Assembly (NCBI GenBank): GCA_964016885.1
Contig: OZ024741.1
Location: forward strand, 78,926,001-78,990,000
Length of the DNA: 64,000 nt
Source: Eledone cirrhosa
Lineage: Eukaryota
Direction: 5' to 3'
Below, one piece after another: positions 1 to 12,709 of the stretch (the first letter of the stretch is position 1; every line of letters begins with the position of its first letter). The position numbers and the translations under genes were made by a program. The notes beneath the pieces are model-generated. The model was not told the origin of the DNA, made no database searches, and worked only from the letters and a program-made list of their open reading frames with translations.

Positions 1-1123
1 AGGCGATACAATAAATAAATTAAGTTATTGGGATAAAAAGAGTTGGGAGGAGAAAGAGAGACATGTGCTATGAAGAACCGAAGGACTTACGGTGTTCTAT
101 GTTGCATGTTTTCATGTAATAGTAGAGCCTCACATTTGCTCTCTGCTGGTTGATAGACGAGGTTTGAATAAGGTGGTTGGTTTAAAATTACTTTCAACTG
201 TAATGGAGTGTCTGGATGAGCGTTGTCGTTTTTGTGCAACCATAATTCTAACAAAAACACACACACTTAAAACAACAACAAAATCACAATACCGTGAATC
301 CGATCTGTGATCTTTTGAGAAAATTAATAATAGGTTCGTTTATTGACAGACATAAAACATGCACTGCCATGACCATGCTGTTTTTTGGTCTGGCGATGTT
401 AGCAACTTTTGGTGGCGTCAATGCTGGTTTCATGCCTGCAATTAAGCTGGCTAAATTCTCTGACCACACATACGCAGAGACTCCAATAAATCAAAATGAT
501 GACTACATGCCATTTTCTTCCCGCAAATTCTTCCCGCACCATTATGATGCCTAAGTTTTTCTTACCCATCCCCACAAAAGTAATGAAACATACATATACA
601 CACATCGAGGCACACACTTGCACAGTCACACCCACCCACACACAACCACTCTCAGAAAAAATATATAAATATATATATATAAAATATATATATATATATT
701 ATAAAAAATATAATCAGTTTATTCTCAAACTTTTCTTTAACAACCCATAAAGAACCTTTACCCTTATATGGACAGCTTATACCCTTATATATGTATGTTT
801 CATTACTTATGTGGGGATCGGTAAGAAAACCTGCCGTATTGTAGTTGTGTGTGTGTGTGTGGGGGGGGGGGGGCAAAAATTGTCACGTTTCTTTCTCAAT
901 AGAATTTGACAAATATTTTTAAGAATGAAGCAAAACTAGTTTTGTTAGAGCCGTTAAAAGATTAAATAATACACCCACTCTGCTCTTATGCATTAGGTAA
1001 ACACACACACACACACACACACAATCATATATATATATTTATATATATACATTTACCCTGTAATTGCTTGATGTGTTTATTTTATATATATATGTCATTC
1101 GACTTTTAATTTAATGTATATAT

Positions 1124-1460
1124 ACATTTATGTATTTATATCTATCTATCTTTCTTTCTCCATGTCTTCTCCATGACTTTAGTCATGCCCTTATTATGTT
1201 CATGACCTGAGAATAAACTTTTGTAGAATTCGCCAATCTGAAAAGTCAATACGATTGAATGATGAAGAAAGATGTGTTGGATGGGGAGACCCACACACCA
1301 CAAGGGCCACTGGAATTTCCCTTTAATAACTTTTAATGCGAGCCAAAACTGGCAGCATTGTCGTGGGTGATAGGGAGGCTAAGGCACTGGAACATTTATG
1401 TATTTATATCTATCTATCTTTCTTTCTCCATGTCTTCTCCATGACTTTAGTCATGCCCTT
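1124..1460 (+). repeat. 69-bp exact direct repeat (1124-1192, 1392-1460) around a 199-bp segment
   Basis: acatttatgtatttatatctatc...catgactttagtcatgccctt occurs twice. Confidence 0.85.
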
Positions 1461-2249
1461 TTTATGGACGAATGGCTACATTCTATCATAGTTAACTGGG
1501 TTTTATGATTTAACAATTCATTTGACAAAAAATGTTTTAGAAATTCGCAGTACACGAAGTAGTGACGTACCAACTTTCTTTTAAGTCCTGCATTTCCCAC
1601 GTAGAATTAAAACCAATAGTACGAAAACACAAGTTTTTTAAGTGGGTGGGGTAATCTTGTTCTGCGGTATCTATGACTGTATGTTTTCTTTTTCTAAGGT
1701 AGGTCTGTTTAATCACCAACGAAGTCATAAGGACAGACAAAACATTTTAGTTCATTAAGTCGCAACAACAAATTGTATAACATAAAGGTCAAGTGTGAAG
1801 ATTTGGTGGGTTAAACTGACATTGTGCTATTCATGAATTCATCAGAATGTACTTCTACATACTGCTTTCTTTGTCGAGTCTGCAAAAAGATATCTGAAGA
1901 CGTGTGTTCATTCAATAAATACTCTCTTCCTTAACTTACACTGCCAGCAATATTTGCAAATACGAGGCTCTGTCCGTGAAATGTTTTCTTTTAACAGTCA
2001 TTGGAACAGCCAGCCGTGAGCTTCAAGCCGATTCTGTCAAAGGATTACCTACGTTAAGTGTACAAGTAATAGTGTGATACGCAGCCACATACACTATAAT
2101 ACAATTATTAAGTCGTTCCTTGATTGAACAGGAGAACTTGCTTTTCGAAATTGACGAGAGAGTTCATCATCATCATCACTACAACCACCACGACCACCAC
2201 CACCACCACCATCACCACCATCACCACCACCACCACCATCATCATCATC

Positions 2250-2289
<40 letters not shown>

Positions 2290-2685
2290 CGAAGGAAATG
2301 TGGTAAGGAACCAGGTGGACCATAACGCACCAAAGTACTCAATACTTGGGGTAGTAGAGTGGGTAATAGGAACCAGTAAGACCCCGACGGCTGAGCTCAA
2401 GCCGTTTCGACGGCTAATTCTGGACTATATATATATATATTTACTGTTGTTGTGGTAATTCTGGACTATATATATATATATATATATTTACTGTTGTTGT
2501 GGTATATATGGATGGCCTCTGCCTTCGGTCGTTTTTCTTGGTGTCACACTTTTTAACTGTTATGTTTACTCTGGGCGGTAATGTATTAACATACCGCTCT
2601 ATAGAGCGCTTTGTGATTGCCTCAAAACAACTCGATTAGTACCTTCTATATGGCAGCTACAACTTCGATTTATACCTTATATATA

Positions 2686-4262
2686 CTAGCAGAAAAACCA
2701 CCTAAACCTAAAACTCGAGAAGCACCCAACCGACTATCTTCTAACTTCACACATGTAATACTTATGTTTCAGGGAGTGTTCTGAGCAAAATAAATTTCAA
2801 ATTTTCAATGCCCTAGGGACCGCATAAGACGATTTAGCGATTTCTCTCTATAATTCTTAGTCTTTAGATAGATACATACATATATAACTGTTTCTACTTT
2901 AGGCACAAGGCCAGCAATTACCCAGTGCATTACTGGTACTTTATTTTATCGACCCCGTAAGGATGAAAGGCAAAGTCAACCTCGGCGGGATTTGAACTCA
3001 GATCGTAAGGGGACATAACTATGCTGGAAAGCATGGCGTCCGACCCTCTACCGATACTGCTAATGCACCGCCATATATAACGTGGCGCTCTTATAATATC
3101 TGTCTGTATGTTTGCATTACGTCACGTCCCACAATTCCATCTGCGTCCAGAACGCGCGCTTATAATATCTGTCTGTATGTCTGGCTGTCTGTTGCCTCTG
3201 GTTATTCCGCCACCCTTGCTCAAGACAAATCTCACACCCATTCCTCAAACAGTTGGTAAGTGCATACATCTTCTTCGTCACGTTTTAAGCCACAGTGTTT
3301 CTTACTTACGTACCACCAGACCCTTACTTCTTTGCCAGCCGTGGTTGTGACAATACTAAGCTTAGCTAAGGCGGTTATATATTTCACACAACACTAAAAA
3401 TGAAAGCCGGTAACTATGTATTAGTCAGTCTCTTCTTCATACCGTGAGCAAAGAAAATCCAACTTTTAATGGAATACTAATTGTATCAGAGTATTCGGTT
3501 TATTTTCTTTACATATTGTCCAGGCATGCAGTTTTCCCACGATTAGGTCTGTTGGCGGCTCGCGTTATGTTTAAGGGAGTGTTATGCACATAAAAATTCA
3601 ACTTTTGATCCCCTAGGGCCCGCATTAGGTGAAAAACTCCGTTTTTAAAGCTTTTTAGGGGTATTTTGAGGCGTTACGTCTAGCCGATTTTCCCGAAATT
3701 TCAAGGCATATTATGCACATAAAAAAATTTCATATTCTTGATGCCCTAGGGCCTGCATTAGGTGAAAACCTGCATTTTTCCTGCTTCATCAAGGAAAATC
3801 TTAAAGATTATCCAGCCATCAGAATATTCGGTTTATTTTCTTTACATATTGTCGAGGCATGCAGTTTTTCCACGATTACGTCTGTTGGCGGCCCGCGTTC
3901 CAAAATACCTTATCCCATGTAACGCCGGGTACCACTGCTAGTAATACATAAACATTGAACGAAGACTGCGCTACACTGTCTTATTTAATCAGTAACGTAA
4001 TCCATGATACATTAAAAAAGACGATATTATATATATACTGCATTAGGAGAAAATGAGTATGTTTATTTATGCGGAAGAAATGTTAAAGAAGTGAATCTTT
4101 AAATAAACAAAATATAATTAATCAACAACCACGAAATTTAGTAAATAAATTATGTAATATTCATTCATTATTTATTCAAAGTAATCCAACTTATTTTACA
4201 AACGGTATAAAAAATAAATAAACCGTACGCAATCCCGCAGACCTTCCTTTATTATAGTTTAT
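2686..4262 (-). mobile_element. Helitron-like copy of the same family, carrying a nested second Helitron-like element (~2875-3941, +) and a SINE
   Basis: ctagcagaaaaaccacc at 2686; 3990-4262 matches 19250-19625 inverted; the nested element ends aacgccgggtaccactgctag|t. Confidence 0.6.
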
Positions 4263-4568
4263 AATATATATATATATATATAATATATACTAGGATCGGA
4301 ATTAAGAGTATTCCGCAGTTCACAGTAATAATAATAATATTAGCTCAAAGAAGAATAGAGAATTTTCTTCTGAGCTCAGATACAAATATATTACACAAAT
4401 AGAAGTGTGTTACAGAGTGAGATGTGTGTAAAGAATTATTACAAGTGATTTTTATCGTTACTGTATAGAAAACAATATCTACAGGTTTAGCAATTAAATA
4501 GAAAAAAACCTAAGTCAGAATCAAATCTCTGAATTAGAGTTTTAAATTACCAACCTTATAACTATAAG

Positions 4569-4643
4569 TTTACTGATACGAATCAATTTCGTTTCCCCAC
4601 AGAAATGTGCAGTTTAACAGCCACGGGTTCATCAGTCAGCAAA
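4569..4643 (-). ncRNA. Type I hammerhead ribozyme (family B, inverted copy)
   Basis: Same motif on the minus strand with fully paired stem I UUUGCUGA/UCAGUAAA. Confidence 0.82.
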
Positions 4644-5153
4644 TGTGGATTCTGTTTACTGCACATCTAACCTCATCAGCAAACTTATAGTTATAAGGTT
4701 GGTAATTTAAAACTCTAATTCAGAGATTTGATTCTGACTTAGGTTTTTTTCTATTTAATTGCTAAACCTGTAGATATTGTTTTCTATACAGTAACGGTAA
4801 GAATCACTTGTAATAATTCTTTACACACATCTCACTGTGTAACACACTTCTATTTGTGTAATATATTTGTATCTGAGCTCAGAAGAAAATTCTCTATTCT
4901 TCTTTGAGCTAATATTATTATTATTACTGTGAACTGCGGAATACTCTTAATTCCGATCCTAGTATACTTAACGAGCTCAAAATTGTTGAGCTAATAAATT
5001 CGAATGGTTGGGCTGTCCTCTCTAGCATTTTCCCCAATCCACGAGAGCCGTTATTTGATGCAAATAACACGTGATTTCGCCCTACCCTAGGCAGCGTGTA
5101 TATTAGCTTTCTCTCGATCCATGAGGTTAGATGTGTAGTAAACAGAATCCACA

Positions 5154-5228
5154 TTTGTGGACTGATGAACCCGTGGCTGTTAAACTGCACATTTCTGTGG
5201 GGAAACGAAATTGATTCGTATCAGCAAA
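5154..5228 (+). ncRNA. Type I hammerhead ribozyme (family B)
   Basis: CUGAUGA-A-CCCGUGG...CUGUGGG-GAAAC-GAA(AUUGA)UUC-GUA; stem I UUUGUGGA/UCAGCAAA with one mismatch; cleavage predicted after 5220. Confidence 0.8.
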
Positions 5229-5410
5229 CTTATAGTTATAAGGTTGGTAATTTAAAACTCTAATTCAGAGATTTGATTCTGATTTAGGTTTTTTTCTATT
5301 TAATTGCTAAACCTGTAGATATTGTTTTCTATACAGTAACGGTAAAAATCACTTGTAATAATTCTTTACACACATCTCACTGTGTAACACGCTTCTATTT
5401 GTGTAATATA

Positions 5411-5484
<74 letters not shown>

Positions 5485-5489
<5 letters not shown>

Positions 5490-5580
5490 TAAAAAAACGA
5501 AAAATCAGTGATGCATCTGGACTCAGTTTATTGCAATAAACTGAGTCCAGATGCATCACTGGTTTTTCGTTTTTTTACTA
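5485..5580. repeat. Spacerless palindrome centred on TTG|CAA (5533/5534)
   Basis: aaacgaaaaatcagtgatgcatctggactcagtttattg / caataaactgagtccagatgcatcactggtttttcgttt. Confidence 0.9.
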
Positions 5581-5662
5581 TTCACACTCTGCTCTGTTAG
5601 AATATTGAGTGGTAATTTTGGCATACCGCCTATGGAAGCACCATAGCTATCATTAAACACAC

Positions 5663-5835
<173 letters not shown>

Positions 5836-5877
5836 ATGATATTAAATAAATGGAAACTATATTTATAAAACCAAATA

Positions 5878-5938
5878 TATTCTATTATATATATTTCAAG
5901 AGTACCAAAACCTTGGTACGCTTTCATCAGATAAAATA
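5878..5938 (-). ncRNA. Type I hammerhead ribozyme in an AT-rich PLE-like 3' end
   Basis: UAUUUUAU-CUGAUGA-AAGCGUACC(AAGGUUUU)GGUACUCUU-GAAAU-AUAU-AUA-AUAGAAUA; stems pair, AUA triplet. Confidence 0.7.
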
Positions 5939-6548
5939 TAAAGTTAGTTTTATAAATTTTGACATAACCAAGAAAAATACCTTAACGGTTTCAAATTATT
6001 AAGATGAGTATGCAAATGAGGTAGAGGTATAGGGCTGAAAAAAAAAACGTTATTTTAGATGCTATGCAGAATTTAAATGTATGAGTTGGAAGAAGAAAAA
6101 GGAAGAAAAGCTCGTATTTATGTTAATTTAAAAGGAATTAACACTTTGGGGGAATTGGGAAATATGATTCCGGAATTTAAATTTATTTAGCTATATTATG
6201 AGTTATAATATTGTATATACAATAAATTAGATTATATGAAGAATTGTGGTTGTAAGTATATTTTATCTTATTACATTACAATAGGTTATAAGTATATAAA
6301 TATCTATATAGATTAATAATTGTGCATATATAAGTATTATAGAAATAGAAATAATTTACAATTATTAGTTGTTTACATTTCTAATATGAGTTACGAAGGA
6401 CGTTGATTTTGCATTTTACATAAAAAAAAACAGGTGGTTCAAGTTGTAAGAGAACAATTTGTAGATTCGAATATTTTGTTCCAACATTGAAAATGTTTTC
6501 AGAATATTGTTAATTTAGCGAAGTTATATAGTTTATCGTACATATTAT

Positions 6549-7505
6549 ACTAGACATGAAAAATGCGCAAGCTCAAAAGTGCCACAGAATGTTATAATAA
6601 ACCTTCAAAAGTGTGGGACTAGAGTTGTTGCTAAAAAATATTGTAATCATTATATATCGTACATTCTGTGGCATCCTTTATAAAAATAGCTTAAACCAAC
6701 GAAGCCTTTATTTTTACGCTATTTCACTTAGTTAATTCTTAGAGTGTAACATATAAAAATATGATTTACAACTATAAAATAAATTAATTAATATAATAAC
6801 AGAGCTGCGGAGCTGAAATTTAGGAAATAATGGAGTATCGGATCCTGAGTTGGAGCCAGTCAATTTTTAGCCGACTCCGCAGCCCTGTATAATACATTTC
6901 ATATTAAAGTTATTAATAAACCTATTTTACACTGCATGCAAATTACCATGAGATATTGATATTAGATATAAGATACAGCGCAATATCTACAGCTGTAAAA
7001 GTACGAAAGCGAAGTAATAATAAGTGGCTTAAGGTAATTCCAATATGAAAGTTTGTAGTGATAAAAATTTGATAATGCAATACGATTGTTAATATTATAG
7101 TTCTATGAAAATGTAACAATAGATAACTAAATTATTTTACTATTAGTATATTTAAGAAATTATCATTATAGATTTGATCGTTCATATAAGCATCATATTA
7201 ATTTTCAACACAATTATTTTGTTACTATGAGTATATGATAATAATATTACGTAATTATTTATAGCTGTTATTACATTAAACATAGATGTATTTATTTTTA
7301 TATGTTACACTCTAAGAATTAACTAAGTGAAATAGCGTAAAAATAAAGGCTTCGTTGGTTTAAGCTATTTTTATAAAGGATGCCACAGAATGTACGATAT
7401 ATAATGATTACAATATTTTTTAGCAACAACTCTAGTCCCACACTTTTGAAGGTTTATTATAACATTCTGTGGCACTTTTGAGCTTGCGCATTTTTCATGT
7501 CTAGT
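6549..7505. mobile_element. MITE-like element with ~210-bp near-perfect TIRs (ends ACTAG...CTAGT)
   Basis: 6549-6760 is the reverse complement of ~7294-7505. Confidence 0.75.
6800..6887. mobile_element. Short hAT-type MITE
   Basis: CAGAGCTGCGGAG...CTCCGCAGCCCTG termini; 8-bp TSD tataataa/tataatac. Confidence 0.7.
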
Positions 7506-8745
7506 TTAATATTTTTTTAAGGCAACGCTTGTAATAACTCTAGTTAAACAGGATATATATTAATAATAAATTATCGTTGTAATGTAATTAGATTATGTAA
7601 TTGTTATTATAAATTATCTTATAAATATTAGTGTAAGATGTATAAAAATATTTTCAGACTTTTAATATAAACAACTACAAAAAAACAATCAATATTAAAT
7701 CAATATATTATACATAATAGAAGACATAAAATAAACAATACAAATACAAAATATTTACATACAATTGCAATTATCAGTGTATATACATTTTCTTTATATT
7801 CCCTGAGCAAATTAATAAGATTTGTTTTTATTGTACATAATTTGATGACTTGTTGGTGTGTATTAAAAGATAGCAACAATTTGTGATTAAATTGTTATCT
7901 TAAGCAACTCACTTTTTAATAGTTGTTGGCTGAGCGAAATTGTAAAAGCCTATGAGCAAATATAAAAAAAAATACACAAACAACATTTCCTTGTGTTATT
8001 ACAACATTAGATAAAATAATTGAGCAATGTCGTTATATTTTGCTCTTATTGCACATTAATAGTGTTTCTATTTTTCGGCACAAATCCATTACGGCAGTCC
8101 ATTACTGGTACTTTATTTTATCGAATTAGTAAGTATGAAAGTCGAAGTTAACCTCGGCAGGATTTGAACTTAGAATGCAAAGGACCATAACAATACTGCA
8201 AAGCATGGTGTCTGACGCTCTACCAATACTTGTGTTGAGCTGGTCATTAATTTATGGTGGTCGTGCGTGGAGTAGAGCAATCGCTAGTTGAAATATTATG
8301 AACAAAACATTTTTATTTGCCGAAGAACATATTTTCAATACTGTTTGTGAATGTGACGAAGGAAATACATTCTGATATGGAACAGTGTACAAAGTGTGTC
8401 TGTGAATAACATAATGTTACCTCATGTTGTTGTCAAGACATAATGGATTTCGTATATCCAGTTAGAAGATGAAACCTAGCCATCTCGGATTAGTTATATT
8501 TCATGCCATGTGTAAACGTGTTTGAGGATAGCAAAATATGCGTGTTTCTTGTCTGGAAACTTTCTGCTAAACAAATTTGTTTCAGTATATATTTAATATA
8601 ATATTAATATATTTTGTAATATTATTAACTAATTATTATAATTAGCGCTTCAGGCTTTGTCTATATACTGAAACAAATTTGTAAGTCATTACCTAATTAA
8701 ACTCTTTGCTTGAAATTTTATCATTCTTCGTTTATATATATATAT

Positions 8746-11188
8746 ACCCACTCGATATGCATATTGGGCTACTCAGCCGTTAATATGCATAAGGTAAGTA
8801 TATACGTTCAACAATCTGGCAGGAAGGTGTGCGTTGCTGACGATAGCTAACGGGCTTGAAACTGGTACAGCGTTCCTTTGTCAGTGTTGAACAAACGAGC
8901 AACGGTGGTTGCTGGACACTGCGGCTTAATACGGGATGTTTGTTTACAAACACACCGAGCATTGTAATAAATGTTCGGTGAATCCATACGTGCATATATA
9001 TATGTGTGCATGTATGTATATATATATATACATACTACTGTACGTCGGTATACATATATGTATGTACGTGTACATACTTATATTTAAGTAACAGCCGTGC
9101 TAAGAGTGGGAAATGAAATATCGTTTCATTTTTTCCGTTTATCGTTTTCGGTGCACCCGGCCGATTAACCCACTCGATATGCATATTGGGCTACTCAGCC
9201 GTTAATATGCATAAGGTAAGTATATACGTTCAACAATCTGGCAGGAAGGTGTGCGTTGCTGACGATAGCTAACGGGCTTGAAACTGGTACAGCGTTCCTT
9301 TGTCAGTGTTGAACAAACGAGCAACGGTGGTTGCTGGACACTGCAGCTTAATACGGGATGTTTGTTTACAAACACACCGAGCATTGTAATAAATGTTCGG
9401 TGAATCCATACGTGCATATATATATGTGTGCATGTATGTATATATATATATACATACTACTGTACGTCGGTATACATATATGTATGTACGTGTACATACT
9501 TATATTTAAGTAACAGCCGTGCTAAGAGTGGGAAATGAAATATCGTTTCATTTTTTCCGTTTATCGTTTTCGGTGCACCCGGCCGATTAACCCACTCGAT
9601 ATGCATATTGGGCTACTCAGCCGTTAATATGCATAAGGTAAGTATATACGTTCAACAATCTGGCAGGAAGGTGTGCGTTGCTGACGATAGCTAACGGGCT
9701 TGAAACTGGTACAGCGTTCCTTTGTCAGTGTTGAACAAACGAGCAACGGTGGTTGCTGGACACTGCGGCTTAATACGGGATGTTTGTTTACAAACACACC
9801 GAGCATTGTAATAAATGTTCGGTGAATCCATACGTGCATATATATATGTGTGCATGTATGTATATATATATATACATACTACTGTACGTCGGTATACATA
9901 TATGTATGTACGTGTACATACTTATATTTAAGTAACAGCCGTGCTAAGAGTGGGAAATGAAATATCGTTTCATTTTTTCCGTTTATCGTTTTCGGTGCAC
10001 CCGGCCGATTAACCCACTCGATATGCATATTGGGCTACTCAGCCGTTAATATGCATAAGGTAAGTATATACGTTCAACAATCTGGCAGGAAGGTGTGCGT
10101 TGCTGACGATAGCTAACGGGCTTGAAACTGGTACAGCGTTCCTTTGTCAGTGTTGAACAAACGAGCAACGGTGGTTGCTGGACACTGCGGCTTAATACGG
10201 GATGTTTGTTTACAAACACACCGAGCATTGTAATAAATGTTCGGTGAATCCATACGTGCATATATATATGTGTGCATGTATGTATATATATATATATACA
10301 TACTACTGTACGTCGGTATACATATATGTATGTACGTGTACATACTTATATTTAAGTAACAGCCGTGCTAAGAGTGGGAAATGAAATATCGTTTCATTTT
10401 TTCCGTTTATCGTTTTCGGTGCACCCGGCCGATTAACCCACTCGATATGCATATTGGGCTACTCAGCCGTTAATATGCATAAGGTAAGTATATACGTTCA
10501 ACAATCTGGCAGGAAGGTGTGCGTTGCTGACGATAGCTAACGGGCTTGAAACTGGTACAGCGTTCCTTTGTCAGTGTTGAACAAACGAGCAACGGTGGTT
10601 GCTGGACACTGCGGCTTAATACGGGATGTTTGTTTACAAACACACCGAGCATTGTAATAAATGTTCGGTGAATCCATACGTGCATATATATATGTGTGCA
10701 TGTATGTATATATATATATACATACTACTGTACGTCGGTATACATATATGTATGTACGTGTACATACTTATATTTAAGTAACAGCCGTGCTAAGAGTGGG
10801 AAATGAAATATCGTTTCATTTTTTCCGTTTATCGTTTTCGGTGCACCCGGCCGATTAACCCACTCGATATGCATATTGGGCTACTCAGCCGTTAATATGC
10901 ATAAGGTAAGTATATACGTTCAACAATCTGGCAGGAAGGTGTGCGTTGCTGACGATAGCTAACGGGCTTGAAACTGGTACAGCGTTCCTTTGTCAGTGTT
11001 GAACAAACGAGCAACGGTGGTTGCTGGACACTGCGGCTTAATACGGGATGTTTGTTTACAAACACACCGAGCATTGTAATAAATGTTCGGTGAATCCATA
11101 CGTGCATATATATATGTGTGCATGTATGTATATATATATATACATACTACTGTACGTCGGTATACATATATGTATGTACGTGTACATA

Positions 11189-11194
<6 letters not shown>
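8746..11194 (+). mobile_element. Tandem array of 422-bp hammerhead-ribozyme-containing units (candidate non-LTR retrozyme, family A), ~5.8 copies
   Basis: Unit starts 'acccactcg' at 8746, 9168, 9590, 10012, 10436 and 10858 (period 422; unit 4 is 424 due to an extra TA); the last unit is partial. Each unit has CTGACGA...GAAAC-TG-GTA with paired stems. No credible ORF. Both flanks are (TA)n. Confidence 0.88.
8831..8873 (+). ncRNA. Type I hammerhead ribozyme (repeated at 9253, 9675, 10097, 10521, 10943)
   Basis: Stem I GCGUUG/CAGCGU; core CUGACGA; stem II U-AGC(UAACGG)GCU-U; GAAAC-UG-GUA, predicted cleavage after 8867. Stem I extends 8806-8892 (GUUCAACA/UGUUGAAC, CUGGCA/UGUCAG, AAGG/CCUU). Confidence 0.85.
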
Positions 11195-11242
<48 letters not shown>

Positions 11243-12560
11243 TTTATCTAGTCCTTCGCTCAAGATTAATCTATAAGTTTAGATGTCTGCCTTCGTTTAA
11301 GTAAATATTACAGTAAGATTTTTAATATAAACAACTACAAAAAACAATTAATATTAAAACGAAAAAATTATCAATGATAAAAGAAGCGGATGCAACTTTT
11401 TTTTTTATAAAGTTATATTCCTGTTTCTTTAAAGAACATTTCATTTTTGTTCTATTGTAGGCGAAATAATGCAATGGTTTAATAGGGAAGATATAACTTA
11501 CCAATTATGTCTCTAACCGTGTAACGCTTTTTAAGTAGATAACTACAATTGAAAATACTAAAGAAATGGAACCAACAATTCAATTTGAAAGTCGTCTACT
11601 TATAGTGACAGTGTATTACTGGTACTTTATTTTATCGACCCCGTAACGATGAAATGCAAATGCTTAAAATTTAAATTGCCTTAATTCTATCGTCTGCTGT
11701 TTCATTAAAGGGAGATTCTCGTCTGTATTTAATTCTATCGTCTACTGTTCCACTAAACAGATATACCTCCACTATCGTCTCGATTTATACATTTTAACTT
11801 ATAACTTATACACATTTGATTTGAAATATTTTATCTAGTCCCCTCTCTCAATATTATGATGATTTCTTTCGAATGAAACAGTTCTAGTCCTGTAGAAGCC
11901 ATTTATATATATAATTGAACTGAGTTAAAAATTCACAATATTTATAATTAAATAAGCTCATATATATATGTGTGTATTTATCTGTTTATTGTATTATATA
12001 TAATGTGTGTATATACAGGATGTCCCCCAAAAATATATACACACTTCAACAGCATTCTAATAACTATTGCCTGTACAGGTAATCAAAGTGTCAATCGAAT
12101 GTTAGTTTCGTGTTTTAACAGTACAAATTTACAATACACACATAAAACCAGTGTATATACATACATGAGTGTGTATACACATACATGAATGTGTATATAC
12201 AATATATATGTATATATATATAGACACATATATTCACGGTGCAACGGAACATTAAAATATAGATGCGGGAGGGGGGTGTATATATATAGGGGCGCTGGGG
12301 ATAAAGGAGTGTAAAGCGTGTGTAATTGATATATTGAAGGAGAGGAGCGTGCATAGAGTAACAAACATATAGAGAGGGGGAGAGATGGTATTGAAGGGGA
12401 GGAGTGCAAAGAGTAAGAGAGATATATATAGAGACGGAACAGATAGAGAGAAACAGGCGTAAGTAACAGTGGAAGAGATATATAGAGAGGGGGAAATGTG
12501 TTATTGAAGGGGAGGAGTGTAAAGCGAAAGCGTAAGATATATATAGAGAGAGGGGGAATA

Positions 12561-12616
<56 letters not shown>

Positions 12617-12709
12617 ACACTTACTCTGATTGGTTGAAAATTAGCCAATGACATACGATCACCACCACCACGGCTATCCCCGAAAAATTTATGAAGAAGC
12701 TAGGCATAT

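Larger units (their letters stand above)
4286..5411 (+). mobile_element. ORF-less HHR element with 545-bp unit (candidate retrozyme / non-autonomous PLE, family B): inverted segment 4286-4675 plus ~1.35 tandem units 4676-5411
   Basis: 'tcagcaaacttatag' at 4676 and 5221 (period 545); 4286-4576 is the reverse complement of 4676-4966; HHR on both strands; (TA)n flanks. Confidence 0.8.

Noticed and set aside
1815-1852. CTGATGA-containing motifs here and at ~15683, ~24945, ~44000
   Set aside because: Missing or broken GAAA box, stem III or stem I; not counted as hammerheads.
8780-11107. Repeated 71-aa minus-strand ORF (MHVWIHRTF...)
   Set aside because: By-product of the tandem repeat; no recognisable domain, and the diverged copy conserves RNA pairing rather than this protein.
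8746-11194. CRISPR array or tandem snRNA/5S/tRNA genes
   Set aside because: No unique spacers, eukaryotic context, and no recognisable snRNA, 5S or tRNA sequence.
12200-12560. Purine-rich ~120-bp imperfect repeats with 108-179-aa ORFs
   Set aside because: Low-complexity sequence with no domain signal.
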